DNA of 64,000 bases from Vicinamibacteria bacterium (GCA_963668695.2 CAXXLQ010000004.1:3072001-3136000); one strand, 5' to 3'; counted from the stretch's first letter, positions 37,100 to 48,267 are shown. Made by a program: numbers and translations. Notes: generated by a model from the letters alone, not told the origin.

Positions 37100-37947
37100 T
37101 CGAAGTCCTCCCCGAGATACGCGCGCCGCACTTCCGCACTGCTCACCAACTCCGCGGGTGTACCTTCAAAGAGGATTCGACCGTCCTCGATGATGTAGGC
37201 GCGATCGGTCACCCGGAGAGTCTCGCGGACGCTATGGTCCGTCACGAGGACTCCGAGGCCACGGTCGCGAAGCCGGCCGACGATCCTCTGCAGTTCGGAT
37301 ACCGCGATCGGGTCGATGGCGGCGAAAGGCTCGTCGAGCAACAGGAATTGCGGATCCGGAGCGAGCGCGCGGGCAATCTCCGCACGCCGCCGCTCGCCGC
37401 CGGAAAGAGAGTGCCCCAGGTTGCGCCGGCGTTCCGTAAGCCCAAACTCGGCCAGGAGCGCCTCCGCTCGTTCGCGCCGCTCCCGCCGGCCCAATCGGGG
37501 GACCTGCTCGAGAATCGCCAGCACGTTTTCCTCGACGGTGAGGCCCCGGAAGATGGACGGTTCCTGCGCGAGGTACCCGATGCCGGAACGCGCCCGCTTG
37601 TGCATGGCAAGGCCGGTGAGATCTCGATGATCAAGGGATACCGCGCCCTGATCGGGCTGGATCAATCCGACGATCATGCGAAACGTCGTCGTCTTGCCCG
37701 CGCCGTTCGGTCCAAGCAGACCCACCACCTCGCCGCTCCCGACCTGGACTGTCACCTGATCCACCACTCGGCGCTGTCCGTAGCTCTTGACCAGGTCGTG
37801 GCAGGCGAGCACGTGACCCCCGGCAGTATCTGGATCTTTCTTCGCCGGTTGCCTGTTCGTGGTCGGGAGGCGCCCTTGCAGTCGATCCTCCCTCTCCGCC
37901 ACGACGCTTCCGGACGAGCCACCGGCGCCGGAGGAGGAGACGTTCAC
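37090..37947 (-). CDS. lptB: LPS export ABC transporter ATPase
   Basis: GPNGAGKTT, GYLAQEPSIFR, LSGGERRRAEIAR, LLDEPFA.IDP and YLGEDF; start uncertain. Confidence 0.93.
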   Translation of the reverse strand: MNVSSSGAGGSSGSVVAEREDRLQGRLPTTNRQPAKKDPDTAGGHVLACHDLVKSYGQRRVVDQVTVQVGSGEVVGLLGPNGAGKTTTFRMIVGLIQPDQGAVSLDHRDLTGLAMHKRARSGIGYLAQEPSIFRGLTVEENVLAILEQVPRLGRRERRERAEALLAEFGLTERRRNLGHSLSGGERRRAEIARALAPDPQFLLLDEPFAAIDPIAVSELQRIVGRLRDRGLGVLVTDHSVRETLRVTDRAYIIEDGRILFEGTPAELVSSAEVRRAYLGEDFEWQ

Positions 37948-37954
37948 GACGTGC

Positions 37955-40090
37955 TCACCGACGGGCCCCGGCCCCCCTGTTCGCAATACGGCTCCGGGTA
38001 ACGGCCCGTCTGATCCTGGTTGGGTGAATTTCGGTCCGATTGTCCGCGAGGGCCAGTTCCAGAAGGCCTCCCTCCGAACTCCTTCCGTCCACTTCCAACA
38101 CCGCCGGGGAGCCCCAGGCGACGAGGAGATCGGCGCCGGGTTCATAGCGGATCCGCGATCCACGCACCACACTCCCCCCCCGTTCGAACCGGGCGCCCTG
38201 GATGCCCCGCACCGCTCCCAGGGATCCGTCCGCCGCGAGGTCCGCTTCGATGCGACCCGCGAAGAGCCTGCTGACCTCGCCGGATGGCTCCTGGCGTTCG
38301 AGACGAGGGGCGCCGCCATACGAAAGCTGTCCCTCGTCGGCCGCATAGCGGAAGCGCTCTGCTTGCGCACTGAAGACAAATGGAGACGCCGGCGAGGCGT
38401 CACCGACCGGAGCTACCCCCCCCTCCGCGACAGCCATCCCGTCCCCTGCCCCGGCCGGCGTGTCGGTCAAGCCGGATGCCGTCCCGGCCGATTCGGTCAG
38501 ATTGGGGACCGGCATGTCGAGTTCCAGCGAGGTAGCGACGCCACCCGTGGCCTCGATGACTCTGGCTTCAGCATCCACTTTCACTTCGTCCGAGAGAAGC
38601 CGGTTCCTGCCGAAGAGCAGCCGTACCCCACCTGTGAAGACCCCCTGGCCGCGCCCGGTCTCGATGACCCCGGAGTTCCCGGTCAGAACTACCCCTTCGA
38701 ACCGGCCCGGCAGCCAGTCCAGGCGAGCCGGCAGGAAACGGGCCGTTACCGCCCCAGCAGCCTCGACGCGGCTGGGTTCCGCGATCACCAGCCGTAGATC
38801 GCGACCCTCCAGTTCCAGGAGCGACGAATCCACGACCCGTGGATTGCCTTCGAGCACCAAGGTGTCGGAGCCGTTCCAGTGGGCGCTCTCGGCGGTCGCC
38901 GACGCCCGGCCGTAACGGGCCCTGACTCCGTCTCCGAACACGGCCGTCTCGATGTTTCCCTGCGGATCGAAGCTGACCTCCAGTTGCGACGAGTCCACGG
39001 AAATCAGTTGGCGCCGCTCATCTCCCGCGGGGAGACGGGAAGTCACCGCGCCGGTCATGTTGAGCCGCTCCGGTGTTCCCTCGGGATCCAGCGCCAAGCT
39101 TCCCTCGTCTCCCCGAAGTTCGGCTCCCGAGCCCCCGGAGAACGACGGGTTTTCCGTCACCCGCACCAAGCGCGGGATCCGTCCGTCCTTCAGCACGATT
39201 TCAAGTTCGTCGCCGCGAAGCCTCGCGGCGTCTCCATTCATCTCCTCCACGGGAGCGGCACCGCCCTCGCCGGCAGCGCCGACGAGCGTCAGTACCGTTC
39301 CAAACCCCGCCTCAATGGAGCGCATCTGGTTCCGCTCCCGATCCCGGCGGGCAATCACTGACTCTTTGGAAAAGAGCTTGATCTGGTCCGAGTCAATTTC
39401 CACCTCCCCGAACAGCGTGGTGTCGGCTGTTTCCCTATCGAAGCGCACCCGCTCGGCGACTACGGAAAAGCCGCCTTCTTCCACCGGCCCGGCAACGACG
39501 CCGTGCAAAGACACGTCTCCAGCTTCGATGTCGAACTGCATCGAAGCGGCGATTCCGACGAAATCCTCACTCCGAAACTGCACCGGGTCGCGCGACCAGA
39601 GACGGTCCGGCGCGCGCCGGAAGTGCAGGTGGGGCCCCGAAAGTTCGAGGCCTTCGACGCTGAGAAGAGCGTTGCCCAGGAACTCGACCGCCAGGGTCTG
39701 CGGATCGAGGAGGAGTTCGTCGGCGGTAACCACTGCATCTTCGCCGCCATACACCCCAATGAGACGCAGCTCGACTTCCAAAAAGCGCTGCTGACCATCG
39801 CTGCGCCCGAGCGCTTGGTCCGCCCGGCCCTGCAGCAGCGGGCGGCCCTGCTCGTCGAACCATGTGAACTCAGGCTCTTCGGAAACCACTTCCTCCCGCT
39901 CTTCGGGGATCTCATCGGCGGATTCGAACCACTCCGTGGCCCGCCTCTCAAAACCCTCCTGGAGACGAAGGACCAAGAACACCGTGAAACCCGCGAACAA
40001 GAGCACGGTAACTGCCGTGCCTATCCACCTCGAAGAGCGCGAGGCGCCCCGCCGGAGGGCGCCGGGCCCGGCGCGAGGCAGGGTGGGCAC
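37955..40090 (-). CDS. Large LptC/LptA (OstA beta-jellyroll repeat) protein
   Basis: Single N-terminal TM followed by many beta-strand repeats (G.V...G/L.G.P patterns); directly upstream of lptB. Confidence 0.7.
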   Translation of the reverse strand: MPTLPRAGPGALRRGASRSSRWIGTAVTVLLFAGFTVFLVLRLQEGFERRATEWFESADEIPEEREEVVSEEPEFTWFDEQGRPLLQGRADQALGRSDGQQRFLEVELRLIGVYGGEDAVVTADELLLDPQTLAVEFLGNALLSVEGLELSGPHLHFRRAPDRLWSRDPVQFRSEDFVGIAASMQFDIEAGDVSLHGVVAGPVEEGGFSVVAERVRFDRETADTTLFGEVEIDSDQIKLFSKESVIARRDRERNQMRSIEAGFGTVLTLVGAAGEGGAAPVEEMNGDAARLRGDELEIVLKDGRIPRLVRVTENPSFSGGSGAELRGDEGSLALDPEGTPERLNMTGAVTSRLPAGDERRQLISVDSSQLEVSFDPQGNIETAVFGDGVRARYGRASATAESAHWNGSDTLVLEGNPRVVDSSLLELEGRDLRLVIAEPSRVEAAGAVTARFLPARLDWLPGRFEGVVLTGNSGVIETGRGQGVFTGGVRLLFGRNRLLSDEVKVDAEARVIEATGGVATSLELDMPVPNLTESAGTASGLTDTPAGAGDGMAVAEGGVAPVGDASPASPFVFSAQAERFRYAADEGQLSYGGAPRLERQEPSGEVSRLFAGRIEADLAADGSLGAVRGIQGARFERGGSVVRGSRIRYEPGADLLVAWGSPAVLEVDGRSSEGGLLELALADNRTEIHPTRIRRAVTRSRIANRGAGARR

Positions 40091-40095
40091 TGGGG

Positions 40096-41151
40096 TCAGC
40101 TTGTGCCCGCCGGTCCGTAACCGGCGGCCTCCCCCGCCCCGGCCCCCTTGCCCGCCGGGGACGACACCGTTGCGGGCCGCCGGGAAGGCGCTTCCTCCAG
40201 TCCCACGTTTCCCATATTTCGAAACTTCCGATAGCGCGCCTGCCGGCGGTCCGCCGGAGCGACTTTCTCGAGAGCACGGATGGCAAGGCGCAACCTCTCA
40301 CCCAGAATCGCCGCCGCCGCGTCGTGATCAGAGTGCGCTCCTCCCGGCGGTTCCGGCACGATCTCGTCGATCAGTCCGTTCCGAAGATGCTCGGGCGCCG
40401 TGATTCGCATCCGCGCGGCCGCCTCCTCCGTAGCCGCGTACGCCGTTTCCGGGTCTTTCCACAGAATGGCCGCACATCCTTCGGGAGAAATCACCGAATA
40501 GATGGCGTTCTCCATCATGAGAATCCGGTCCCCGACCGCAATGCCGAGCGCCCCTCCGCTGCCTCCCTCGCCGATGATTGCCACCACGATCGGCACCTCG
40601 AGACGAGACATCTCGCGCAGATTCCGCGCAATGGCTTCAGCCTGCCCGCGCTCTTCCGCTTCGATGCCCGGGAACGCGCCCGGGGTATCCACCAGCGAAA
40701 TGATCGGTCTGCCGAACTTCTCGGCCATTTTCATGAGCCGCAGCGCCTTGCGATATCCCTCGGGGCGCGCCATTCCGTAGTTGCGATGAATCCGCTCCGC
40801 CGTGTCCCGGCCTTTTTGCTGCCCGATCACCATTACCGGCTTGCCCGAAAGCCATGCCGGACCTCCTACGACGGCCGGATCGTCGGCGTACCGCCGGTCT
40901 CCGTGAATCTCCGTGAACCCGGTGAAGAGGCGCCGCACGTAGTCAAGCGTGTAGGGCCGCTCCGGATGCCGGGCCACCCGAACCCGCTGCCAGGGCGTCA
41001 GTCCGGCGTAGATCCGCTGGCGCCGCCGCAGCAGTTCGCGTTCCAGCCCGGCGATCCCCACCCGGTGACTGTCGGGGTATCCGGTGAGTGCTTCGATGCG
41101 CTGAACAATTGCCTGAATGTCAGTTTCGAAGTCGAGAAACTCGCGCTGCAC
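40096..41151 (-). CDS. accA: Acetyl-CoA carboxylase carboxyltransferase alpha
   Basis: [31 protein letters not shown] and GEGGSGGAL motifs. Confidence 0.97.
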   Translation of the reverse strand: MQREFLDFETDIQAIVQRIEALTGYPDSHRVGIAGLERELLRRRQRIYAGLTPWQRVRVARHPERPYTLDYVRRLFTGFTEIHGDRRYADDPAVVGGPAWLSGKPVMVIGQQKGRDTAERIHRNYGMARPEGYRKALRLMKMAEKFGRPIISLVDTPGAFPGIEAEERGQAEAIARNLREMSRLEVPIVVAIIGEGGSGGALGIAVGDRILMMENAIYSVISPEGCAAILWKDPETAYAATEEAAARMRITAPEHLRNGLIDEIVPEPPGGAHSDHDAAAAILGERLRLAIRALEKVAPADRRQARYRKFRNMGNVGLEEAPSRRPATVSSPAGKGAGAGEAAGYGPAGTS

Positions 41152-41248
41152 GATGTGAAGTCTAGCGAGCCCCGCTCAGGCAAATCCCGTACCACCGTGG
41201 CGGGGGTTTTAGGGGGGTTTGGGACGTAACGGCCCGAAGTCCGGCCGG

Positions 41249-44200
41249 TTAGCGGGCGAAAGAAGGCGGCAACTTTCCATCGAGGCGCACACTGTCCGGC
41301 CCCAGGAGTTCGGTCGCGGCTCGCGCCAGACTGCGGCAGGCGTGAACCGGAGTCGCCGTCTCCAGGATGAATTCGACCCCGGGAACGCGCAGCCTGAGCA
41401 GCAGAGGTTTCTCGCCAGGATGATGCGCGAGCAGATCCTGCAACGGAGCCTCCGTGTTCTCCGGCTCGGTCACCGACAGTTCCACCCGGCGGGCGAGTCG
41501 GAACGGCGCCTCGTCGGCGAGCAGGACTTCGGAAGCGACCAACTCGCCCCTCTGGGGGCCGCGGCCGCTCCCTCCAGATCCGCCGGTCTCGCTCTTGAAC
41601 CGCCCTCGTACGACGACCACCGGCTCGCTCTCCAGAGGGGGACACGTCTCCCACAGGTCCGGGAACACCACCACCCCGATCGCCCCCGTTTCGTCTTCAA
41701 GGGTGAAGTTACCCATCGGGCGGCCCGCCCTGGTGGTCCGCTTCCGCAGTTCGCGCACGAGTCCGACGACCCCGACCTCCGCCTTGTCTCCGGCCTTTAG
41801 CGCCGCCTCGACCGGACCGGTGACCACGGTTCCCAGTTCGGCGCGGTATTCGGTTGCCGGATGTCCTTCCCAGTAGAAGCCGAGCGCCTCGCGTTCACGC
41901 CGCAGCCGCTCCGCATCACTCCACGGCGGAGCGTCAGGAAAGACGTCAACGGAGGTTTCATTCGCGCTCCCGAAGAGGGACTGGACCCCGGCGTCCTTCC
42001 GGCCGCGAGCGCGATTGGCCGCTCCCATGGCCCCCGGGATCGCCGGGAGAATCCGCCAGCGCGGAACCTTCAGGAAATCGAGTGCCCCGGCGCAACAGAG
42101 TGCCTCTACGACTCCCCGGTTGAGAGCTTTCGGCGCCACAACCTCGAGAAGATGGTGCAGCGACTCGAACTCGCCGTATTCGCGCCGCGCGCGTTCGATT
42201 TCCCGCGCGGCTCGATTGCCAACCTGCTTGACCGCCTCCAGGCCCCAGCGGACCCCCTGCCCCTCCACGAGAGCCTCCGCACCGCTGTGCTGAACGCTGG
42301 GTGGAAGCACGGCAATCCCCGCGGCCTCGGCGCCATTCCGGATACGCGCGATCCTCTCGTCCTTGTCTCCCGACCGGTGTTGCGCGGTGAGCAGCGAAGC
42401 GAGGAAGTGCAACGGGAAGTGGGTCTTGAGCCAGCCCGCCACGTATGCCACGAGCGCATATCCCACGGCATGAGAACGGTTGAACCCGTAGCCGGCGAAC
42501 TTCGCTATCTGCTGGAACGTCTCCTCGGCGACCCGGCGGGCCAGACCGCCCGCCACGGCTCCCTCGACGAAGCGCCCTTCCTCGCGGCGCATCACTTCCG
42601 GGTCTTTCTTGCCCATCGCCTTTCGCAGAATGTCCGCCTGACCGAGCGAAAACCCGGCCAACTGCTGCGCCACCAGCATGACCTGTTCCTGGTAGACGAT
42701 CAGCCCCCGGGTTTGTGGAAAAAGAGCGCGCACGCGCGGATCCAGCTTGCCCGACAACCCGCCCTTCTTCTTGGCCGCAACAAAGTCATTCGCCATGCCG
42801 CTCTCGAGGGGGCCGGGTCGGTACAACGCGTTGAGCGCCGCCAGATCGTCCAGGGTTTCCGGTTTGTAGCTGGAGAGCAGCTCGCGCATCCCGCGGCTTT
42901 CGAACTGGAAGATGCCGTCGGTGTCCGCCCGCCCAAACAGCAAGAAGGTCTGGCGATCCCGCGGCACCTTTTCGAACCGGCCCGCGCGAATGTGTTCGAG
43001 CGCCGCCGTTTCCTCGGGCGTGCGGGCAGTGCTGTCGTCTTCCTGCACCCGCCGCGCGCAGTCATCGATCTGCGTAAGGCTTCGCAGTCCGAGGAAATCC
43101 ATCTTGAAGAGCCCGGCTTTCTCGCAGTCCTTCATGTCCCACTGGGTGCGGCGGCGAACGGTCACCTCCCTGCCTGAATCGGTTCCGTTCCGGCCGGATC
43201 CCGGGCCCTTGGTCTCCACGTCGCGGTAGAGGGGCAAGATCTCCTCGAGTGGTCCCGGGGCGATGACCACCCCGGCGGCATGGGTCCCGATGTTCCGTGG
43301 CAAACCCTCGAGCCGTTCCGCCAGTTCGAAAAGACGGGCGGTCTCCGGCGCCTGCTTCGCTTCACGGAGTTCCGGAACGCTCTCCACGGCCTGCGCGAGG
43401 CCCATGCCCTCGGGGATCAGCTTTGCGATGCGGTCCACCTGGGGCGGCGGCAACTCCAGCATCCGGCCCACATCGCGGACCACCAGCTTGGCCTGCATGG
43501 TCCCGAAGGTCATGATCTGCGCCACCCGGTCGCTGCCGTACGTCGCGGCCACATAGTCGAGCACCTCCTCGCGCCGAAATTCGCAGAAATCGATATCGAT
43601 GTCCGGCGGGCTCACCCGTTCCGGATTCAGGAAGCGCTCAAACAGGAGGCCATGCGCGAGGGGATCGATATCGGTAATGCCCAGCGCGTAAGCGACCAGG
43701 CTGCCCGCGGCCGATCCCCGGCCCGGTCCCACCGGAATCCGGCGGTCCCGGGCGTAGCGGACGAAGTCCTGCACGATGAGGAAGTACGCGGAATACCCGG
43801 TCCGCCGGATCACCTCCAGCTCCCTCGTGAGCCGGTCGTCATAGTCAGACCGGGTGGGGCGAATCCCGTGGACCTCCGGCGATTCGAGGCGCCAGGACAG
43901 CCCCCGGCGCGCACTCTCCTCCAGGTATCCGTCCAGGTTCTTTCCCTCGGGCACTTCGAAGCGCGGGAGCAGGTTTCCTTCTTCGACAACGTCGAAATCC
44001 TCAATTTGCTCGGCGATTTCGAGGGTGTTCCGGTAAGCGTCGGGGCAGCCTTCGAAAACGGTTTCCATTTGTTCCGACGTCTTGAAGAAGAACTGATCCG
44101 AATGGAACTTCAGCCGTCGCGGGTCGCTTACCGGACGGTTCACGCTGATGCACAGCCGCATATCGTGCGCTTCGGCGTCTTCCGGCGACGAGTAGTGAGA

Positions 44201-44926
44201 ATCGTTCGTGCCGACCAAAGGAATTCCGGTCTTCTTCGAAACCTCGATCACTCCGTCGCGTATTCGCCGCTCCAGGTCGGAGAGGCGTGTCCCCTCGGGC
44301 TCCGCCCCCCCCGGCGGGGTGTGGTCCATGATCTCGAGGTAGTAGTTGCCCTTGCCAAAAACCTCTTGGTAGCGGCCGGCCCACTCGACGGGGTCCCCGC
44401 CGGTGATCACCTCCCGCGGCACGATTCCCTTGGGACAGGCCGAAAGTGCGATCAGCCCCTCGTGATGCTGCTCGAGGAGACCGAAATCCATCCGCGGCTT
44501 GAAGTAGTAGCCCTCGTGGTGCGCCATCGAACTGAGCCGCATGAGGTTCCGGAAGCCCGTCCGGTTCTTCGCCAGCAGGACCAGGTGCTGATTCTCGGAA
44601 TCGGGATTTCGTTCGCGCCGATCTCCCGGGGCGACGTACGCCTCGCAGCCCAGGATGGGTTTGACTCCCGCCTCGCGGGCCGCCCGGTGAAACTTGAGAG
44701 CTCCAAAGAGATTGCCGTGGTCGGTGATCGCCACCGCCGGCATCCGGTCCCGCACCGCCATCCGGGTGACCTCGGAAAGCCGGCTCATGCCGTCAAGCAG
44801 CGAATACTCGGTGTGGGTGTGGAGGTGCACGAAGGGACGGCGCGGTCCCCTGCCCCCCGCGAAGGCGTCGCTCAACGGAGCTTCATTCCCACTCGATGGT
44901 GCCGGGCGGCTTGGAAGTGATGTCAA
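41249..44926 (-). CDS. dnaE: DNA polymerase III alpha subunit
   Basis: FVHLHTHTEYSLLDG PHP domain, GPGRGSAAGS, PDIDIDF, YGFNRSHA, OB fold; true start may be slightly downstream (TTG 44875). Confidence 0.96.
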   Translation of the reverse strand: MTSLPSRPAPSSGNEAPLSDAFAGGRGPRRPFVHLHTHTEYSLLDGMSRLSEVTRMAVRDRMPAVAITDHGNLFGALKFHRAAREAGVKPILGCEAYVAPGDRRERNPDSENQHLVLLAKNRTGFRNLMRLSSMAHHEGYYFKPRMDFGLLEQHHEGLIALSACPKGIVPREVITGGDPVEWAGRYQEVFGKGNYYLEIMDHTPPGGAEPEGTRLSDLERRIRDGVIEVSKKTGIPLVGTNDSHYSSPEDAEAHDMRLCISVNRPVSDPRRLKFHSDQFFFKTSEQMETVFEGCPDAYRNTLEIAEQIEDFDVVEEGNLLPRFEVPEGKNLDGYLEESARRGLSWRLESPEVHGIRPTRSDYDDRLTRELEVIRRTGYSAYFLIVQDFVRYARDRRIPVGPGRGSAAGSLVAYALGITDIDPLAHGLLFERFLNPERVSPPDIDIDFCEFRREEVLDYVAATYGSDRVAQIMTFGTMQAKLVVRDVGRMLELPPPQVDRIAKLIPEGMGLAQAVESVPELREAKQAPETARLFELAERLEGLPRNIGTHAAGVVIAPGPLEEILPLYRDVETKGPGSGRNGTDSGREVTVRRRTQWDMKDCEKAGLFKMDFLGLRSLTQIDDCARRVQEDDSTARTPEETAALEHIRAGRFEKVPRDRQTFLLFGRADTDGIFQFESRGMRELLSSYKPETLDDLAALNALYRPGPLESGMANDFVAAKKKGGLSGKLDPRVRALFPQTRGLIVYQEQVMLVAQQLAGFSLGQADILRKAMGKKDPEVMRREEGRFVEGAVAGGLARRVAEETFQQIAKFAGYGFNRSHAVGYALVAYVAGWLKTHFPLHFLASLLTAQHRSGDKDERIARIRNGAEAAGIAVLPPSVQHSGAEALVEGQGVRWGLEAVKQVGNRAAREIERARREYGEFESLHHLLEVVAPKALNRGVVEALCCAGALDFLKVPRWRILPAIPGAMGAANRARGRKDAGVQSLFGSANETSVDVFPDAPPWSDAERLRREREALGFYWEGHPATEYRAELGTVVTGPVEAALKAGDKAEVGVVGLVRELRKRTTRAGRPMGNFTLEDETGAIGVVVFPDLWETCPPLESEPVVVVRGRFKSETGGSGGSGRGPQRGELVASEVLLADEAPFRLARRVELSVTEPENTEAPLQDLLAHHPGEKPLLLRLRVPGVEFILETATPVHACRSLARAATELLGPDSVRLDGKLPPSFAR

Positions 44927-46424
44927 GCACTACCCGGTTCACACCCCGCACCTCACCGGTAATTCGGTTGGAGACCCGGACCAGCAACTCGTGGGGCAGC
45001 GCCGCCCAGTCGGCGGTCATGCCATCCCGACTCTCCACCACGCGGATGGCTGCTACCCGCTCGTAGGTCCGCGCGTCTCCCATGACGCCCACCGTTCGAA
45101 GCGGCAGCAGGACCACGAACGCCTGCCAAATCCGGTCGTAGTAACCCGCAGCCCGGATTTCCTCCTCGAGAACGGCGTCCGCTTCGCGCAGGACTTCAAG
45201 ACCGGACTCCTCGACCGATCCCAGCATTCGAACGGCCAGTCCGGGACCCGGGAACGGATGACGGTTCACAAGTCCTTCCGGAGCCCCCAACTGGCGCCCC
45301 AGCACCCGGACTTCGTCCTTGAAGAGTTCGCGTAGCGGTTCGATCAGCCGGAGCCGCATCCGCTTCGGCAGGCCGCCCACATTGTGGTGGCTCTTGATCA
45401 CCGCTGAGGGACCCTTCACCGAAACGCTCTCGATGACATCCGGGTAGAGCGTCCCCTGCGCCAGAAAGCGCACCTCCGGGATGTCCCGGGATGCTTCCTC
45501 GAAGACCCGAATGAACTCGCGCCCGATGATCTTCCGTTTGCGCTCCGGATCGCGCACTCCCTTCAGCCGCGCGAGAAAACGCTCCGAGGCGTCCACGACC
45601 TGGAGCGGAATCCCGAGCCCTTCCTCGAAGTCGGATCGGGCCCTTTCGGCCTCCCCTTTCCGGAGTACCCCGTTATCCACAAGGATGCAGTGGAGCCGGT
45701 CTCCGACCGCCCGGTGGACAAGCATGGCGGTGACCGTTGAGTCCACTCCGCCCGAAGCTCCGCAGACCACCTGTCCGTCTCCCACCTGAGCCCGGATCGC
45801 GGCCACCGTGCGCGCCGCGTGGGACCGGGGCGACCATCCGCCCCGGGCCCCACACACCTCGAACGCGAAATTCCTCAGAATCGCGGTGCCGTGCTCGGTG
45901 TGCACGACTTCGGGATGGAACTGCACCCCGTAGAGCCGGCGGTGGGGGTTTTCGAACGCGGCTATACGCGCCTGCCCGGTTCCCGCGGTGCGACGGAAAC
46001 CGTCCGGTAGCGCGTGGACGAGGTCTCCGTGGCTGGCCCAGGCTCGAAACCGTTCGGGCACCCCGGCGAAAAGACGCCCGCTCCCATCGTGCCCAACCTC
46101 CGCGGGACCGTACGAGCGGCGGGGTGCCGGCCGGACGTCTCCGCCGCTTTCCCGCGCGAGCAGCTGCATCCCGTAGCAGACCCCAAGTACGGGAACCGGT
46201 GGGGCGAGAACGCCGCGGGGGGCGGCCGGCGCGCCATCGCCATAGACGCTCTCCGGCCCCCCGGAAAGGATCACTCCTATCGGATTCCGTTCCCAGATAT
46301 CGTGGTCGGGGGTCGTACAGGGAAGGATCTCGCAATACACCCCCATTTCGCGGAGACGCCGGGCAATCAGCTGCGTGTACTGCGAGCCGAAATCAAGGAC
46401 GAGGAGGGATTCCGCCGGGTCCAT
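44883..46424 (-). CDS. guaA: GMP synthase (glutamine-hydrolysing)
   Basis: LDFGSQY, GVCYGMQ, QFHPEV, SGGVDS, IKSHHNVGGLP and KPPGTIEWE; start ATG 46424. Confidence 0.97.
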   Translation of the reverse strand: MDPAESLLVLDFGSQYTQLIARRLREMGVYCEILPCTTPDHDIWERNPIGVILSGGPESVYGDGAPAAPRGVLAPPVPVLGVCYGMQLLARESGGDVRPAPRRSYGPAEVGHDGSGRLFAGVPERFRAWASHGDLVHALPDGFRRTAGTGQARIAAFENPHRRLYGVQFHPEVVHTEHGTAILRNFAFEVCGARGGWSPRSHAARTVAAIRAQVGDGQVVCGASGGVDSTVTAMLVHRAVGDRLHCILVDNGVLRKGEAERARSDFEEGLGIPLQVVDASERFLARLKGVRDPERKRKIIGREFIRVFEEASRDIPEVRFLAQGTLYPDVIESVSVKGPSAVIKSHHNVGGLPKRMRLRLIEPLRELFKDEVRVLGRQLGAPEGLVNRHPFPGPGLAVRMLGSVEESGLEVLREADAVLEEEIRAAGYYDRIWQAFVVLLPLRTVGVMGDARTYERVAAIRVVESRDGMTADWAALPHELLVRVSNRITGEVRGVNRVVLDITSKPPGTIEWE

Positions 46425-46517
46425 CACAGAAGATTGGCCCCGGCCGGCGTTCCTTGTCCAGCGCGCGCTCGACGGCGATCGGCGGTGCGCGCGTTCCGCC
46501 CGCTTTCGGCGGGCAAT

Positions 46518-46541
46518 GCCGGTCTGAAGACCGGCGTTCCC
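46518..46541. repeat. REP-like hairpin
   Basis: GCCGGTC-TGAA-GACCGGCGTTCCC, identical to 7797-7820. Confidence 0.75.
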
Positions 46542-46701
46542 AAGGGACGCACCATCCGCTCGAATTGTAAGCGTGCGCGCTCTCTTCGCCGCGGCGGTTT
46601 GGCCGGACTCCGCCCCTTTTTGCCGACGCCTGCCCCGTTCGGGCCGGCGCCTGCGGCAGCCCCTTCCCGGGGATCCGTGAGCTGGCGCGCTTCGCGTCCG
46701 A

Positions 46702-48150
46702 TCAGGGCCCCCCGCGACTCGCCCGGGGACCAAAGACCGCGAGGCGACCGTCGCGGAGGCCCAAAAAGAGGCGCCGGTCACGCCATCCATCTTCTCTTGC
46801 CGCATCTCCCCGCTGGCGTACCACTCCCAGGACTTCGACGCCCAGGTCATGCGGGCGGCCGATCCGCGCGCCGGTCTCCGCATTCAACTCCACGAGCAAC
46901 CCGTCCTGGGTCACGACCAGGACGGCACCGGCGATTCGGAGCGGCGGGGCCGCCGGCCGGCCCGGCAGCGCAGTGCGCCATCGTTCCCCACCGCGTTTGG
47001 CGTCGAAGCAGTAAAGGCTGTTCGCCTTGGTGGCCGCGTACAGGCGCCCGCGGCTCAGCAGCGGCGGATGATGGAAGCCCTCGGCCAGCCGCCAGCGCCA
47101 ACGCGGCTTGCCCGAATCCAGATCCACCGCGGTGAGATCGCCGCCTTCATCTCCGAAAATCGCGAGCCTCTCCTCAGAAAGCGCGAGCACCGGCCCAGTC
47201 ACCGGTCCCGCACCCTCGGCATGCCAGCGGAGGGCGCCCGAGGTCGTTCCTCCCGAGGGGGACACCGCGGCGACTCCGCCGCTCCCGAGGGAAACCAACA
47301 AGAGCGGCGGGACGTTTCCCGCGGATTCCGCCGTAGCCGACGCTGCCGCCACCACGCTGGCGGCTTCTCCGTCCGGTAGCGCGACCTCGACAACGGCGTT
47401 CCCCGCGGGAACCCGATATCCGTGGAGAGTCCCCGCCGAAACCCAATAGAGCACCCCGCCGAACAGCGTCGCCGCCGCCGGACCACGCCCCGCCCCGGGC
47501 CCCGCCCCGGCAACCATTCCCGCGTCCGGTTTGAGCCCCGTCGAGAATCCTCCCACCCGGACACCGTCCGCGAACCGGCGCAGCGTCACGTCACCGCGCT
47601 CGTCGAGGAGCACCACGCTTCCCGAATCCTGGGCCACAAACGTCGCGTCCGCCCCCGGCAAGCCCCAGCGGGTCGCCTCTCCGTCTCGCTCGTAGGCAAT
47701 GACCTCACCGCCGGCCATATGGAGGAGGAATCCGTCCTCTGCGAAGACCATCCCGACGATGGCGGCTCCGGGAACGGGAGCCGGAGCAGCCAGCAGTCCA
47801 CCGGGGAGAATTCCCACGGGCGCGGTGGCTACCTCCGGAGCACGGCGCGCTGATTCCTCGCTCTCGCCCTCCGTTTCTTCATCCGCGCCCTCTGATGCTT
47901 CACCGGTGGCTTCCTCGCCGGCTGGCCCGGTCGCGGCGGTTTCGTCCGTGAGTGGAGGCTCTTCGGCCGGAGGCTGAGCCACCTCGCCCGTCTCTTCTTC
48001 CTCACCGGGCGGCCGCTCGGGCGGTTGGTCTGGATCCTCCGGAATCTCGTCTCCGGAGAGAGGCCCCGCATCCGAGCGCGCGACAGTCGGGATCACCAGC
48101 AAAAGACAGCTCAGCAGGCCGACAGCCCCAAAAAGAGTTCGGGTTGCCAC
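46702..48150 (-). CDS. Secreted PQQ-like beta-propeller protein (BamB-like)
   Basis: Signal peptide, acidic linker, repeated A.D..SG..RW tryptophan-docking motifs. Confidence 0.8.
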   Translation of the reverse strand: MATRTLFGAVGLLSCLLLVIPTVARSDAGPLSGDEIPEDPDQPPERPPGEEEETGEVAQPPAEEPPLTDETAATGPAGEEATGEASEGADEETEGESEESARRAPEVATAPVGILPGGLLAAPAPVPGAAIVGMVFAEDGFLLHMAGGEVIAYERDGEATRWGLPGADATFVAQDSGSVVLLDERGDVTLRRFADGVRVGGFSTGLKPDAGMVAGAGPGAGRGPAAATLFGGVLYWVSAGTLHGYRVPAGNAVVEVALPDGEAASVVAAASATAESAGNVPPLLLVSLGSGGVAAVSPSGGTTSGALRWHAEGAGPVTGPVLALSEERLAIFGDEGGDLTAVDLDSGKPRWRWRLAEGFHHPPLLSRGRLYAATKANSLYCFDAKRGGERWRTALPGRPAAPPLRIAGAVLVVTQDGLLVELNAETGARIGRPHDLGVEVLGVVRQRGDAAREDGWRDRRLFLGLRDGRLAVFGPRASRGGP

Positions 48151-48267
48151 GGGGTTTCGACGGGGACTCTCTCGTACCTTGTCTGAGCGCTCGCGTGACC
48201 TCGTCCCGGCGGCCGGCGCCGGAGCGCCATCCCGGAGGAACCGGGCGAACCTTTACCCTAGCAGTTC

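Noticed and set aside
47805-47820. CCACCGGGGAGAA inside the propeller gene as a coding copy of the micro-insert
   Set aside because: Only a partial match with an indel; plausible by chance at this GC content
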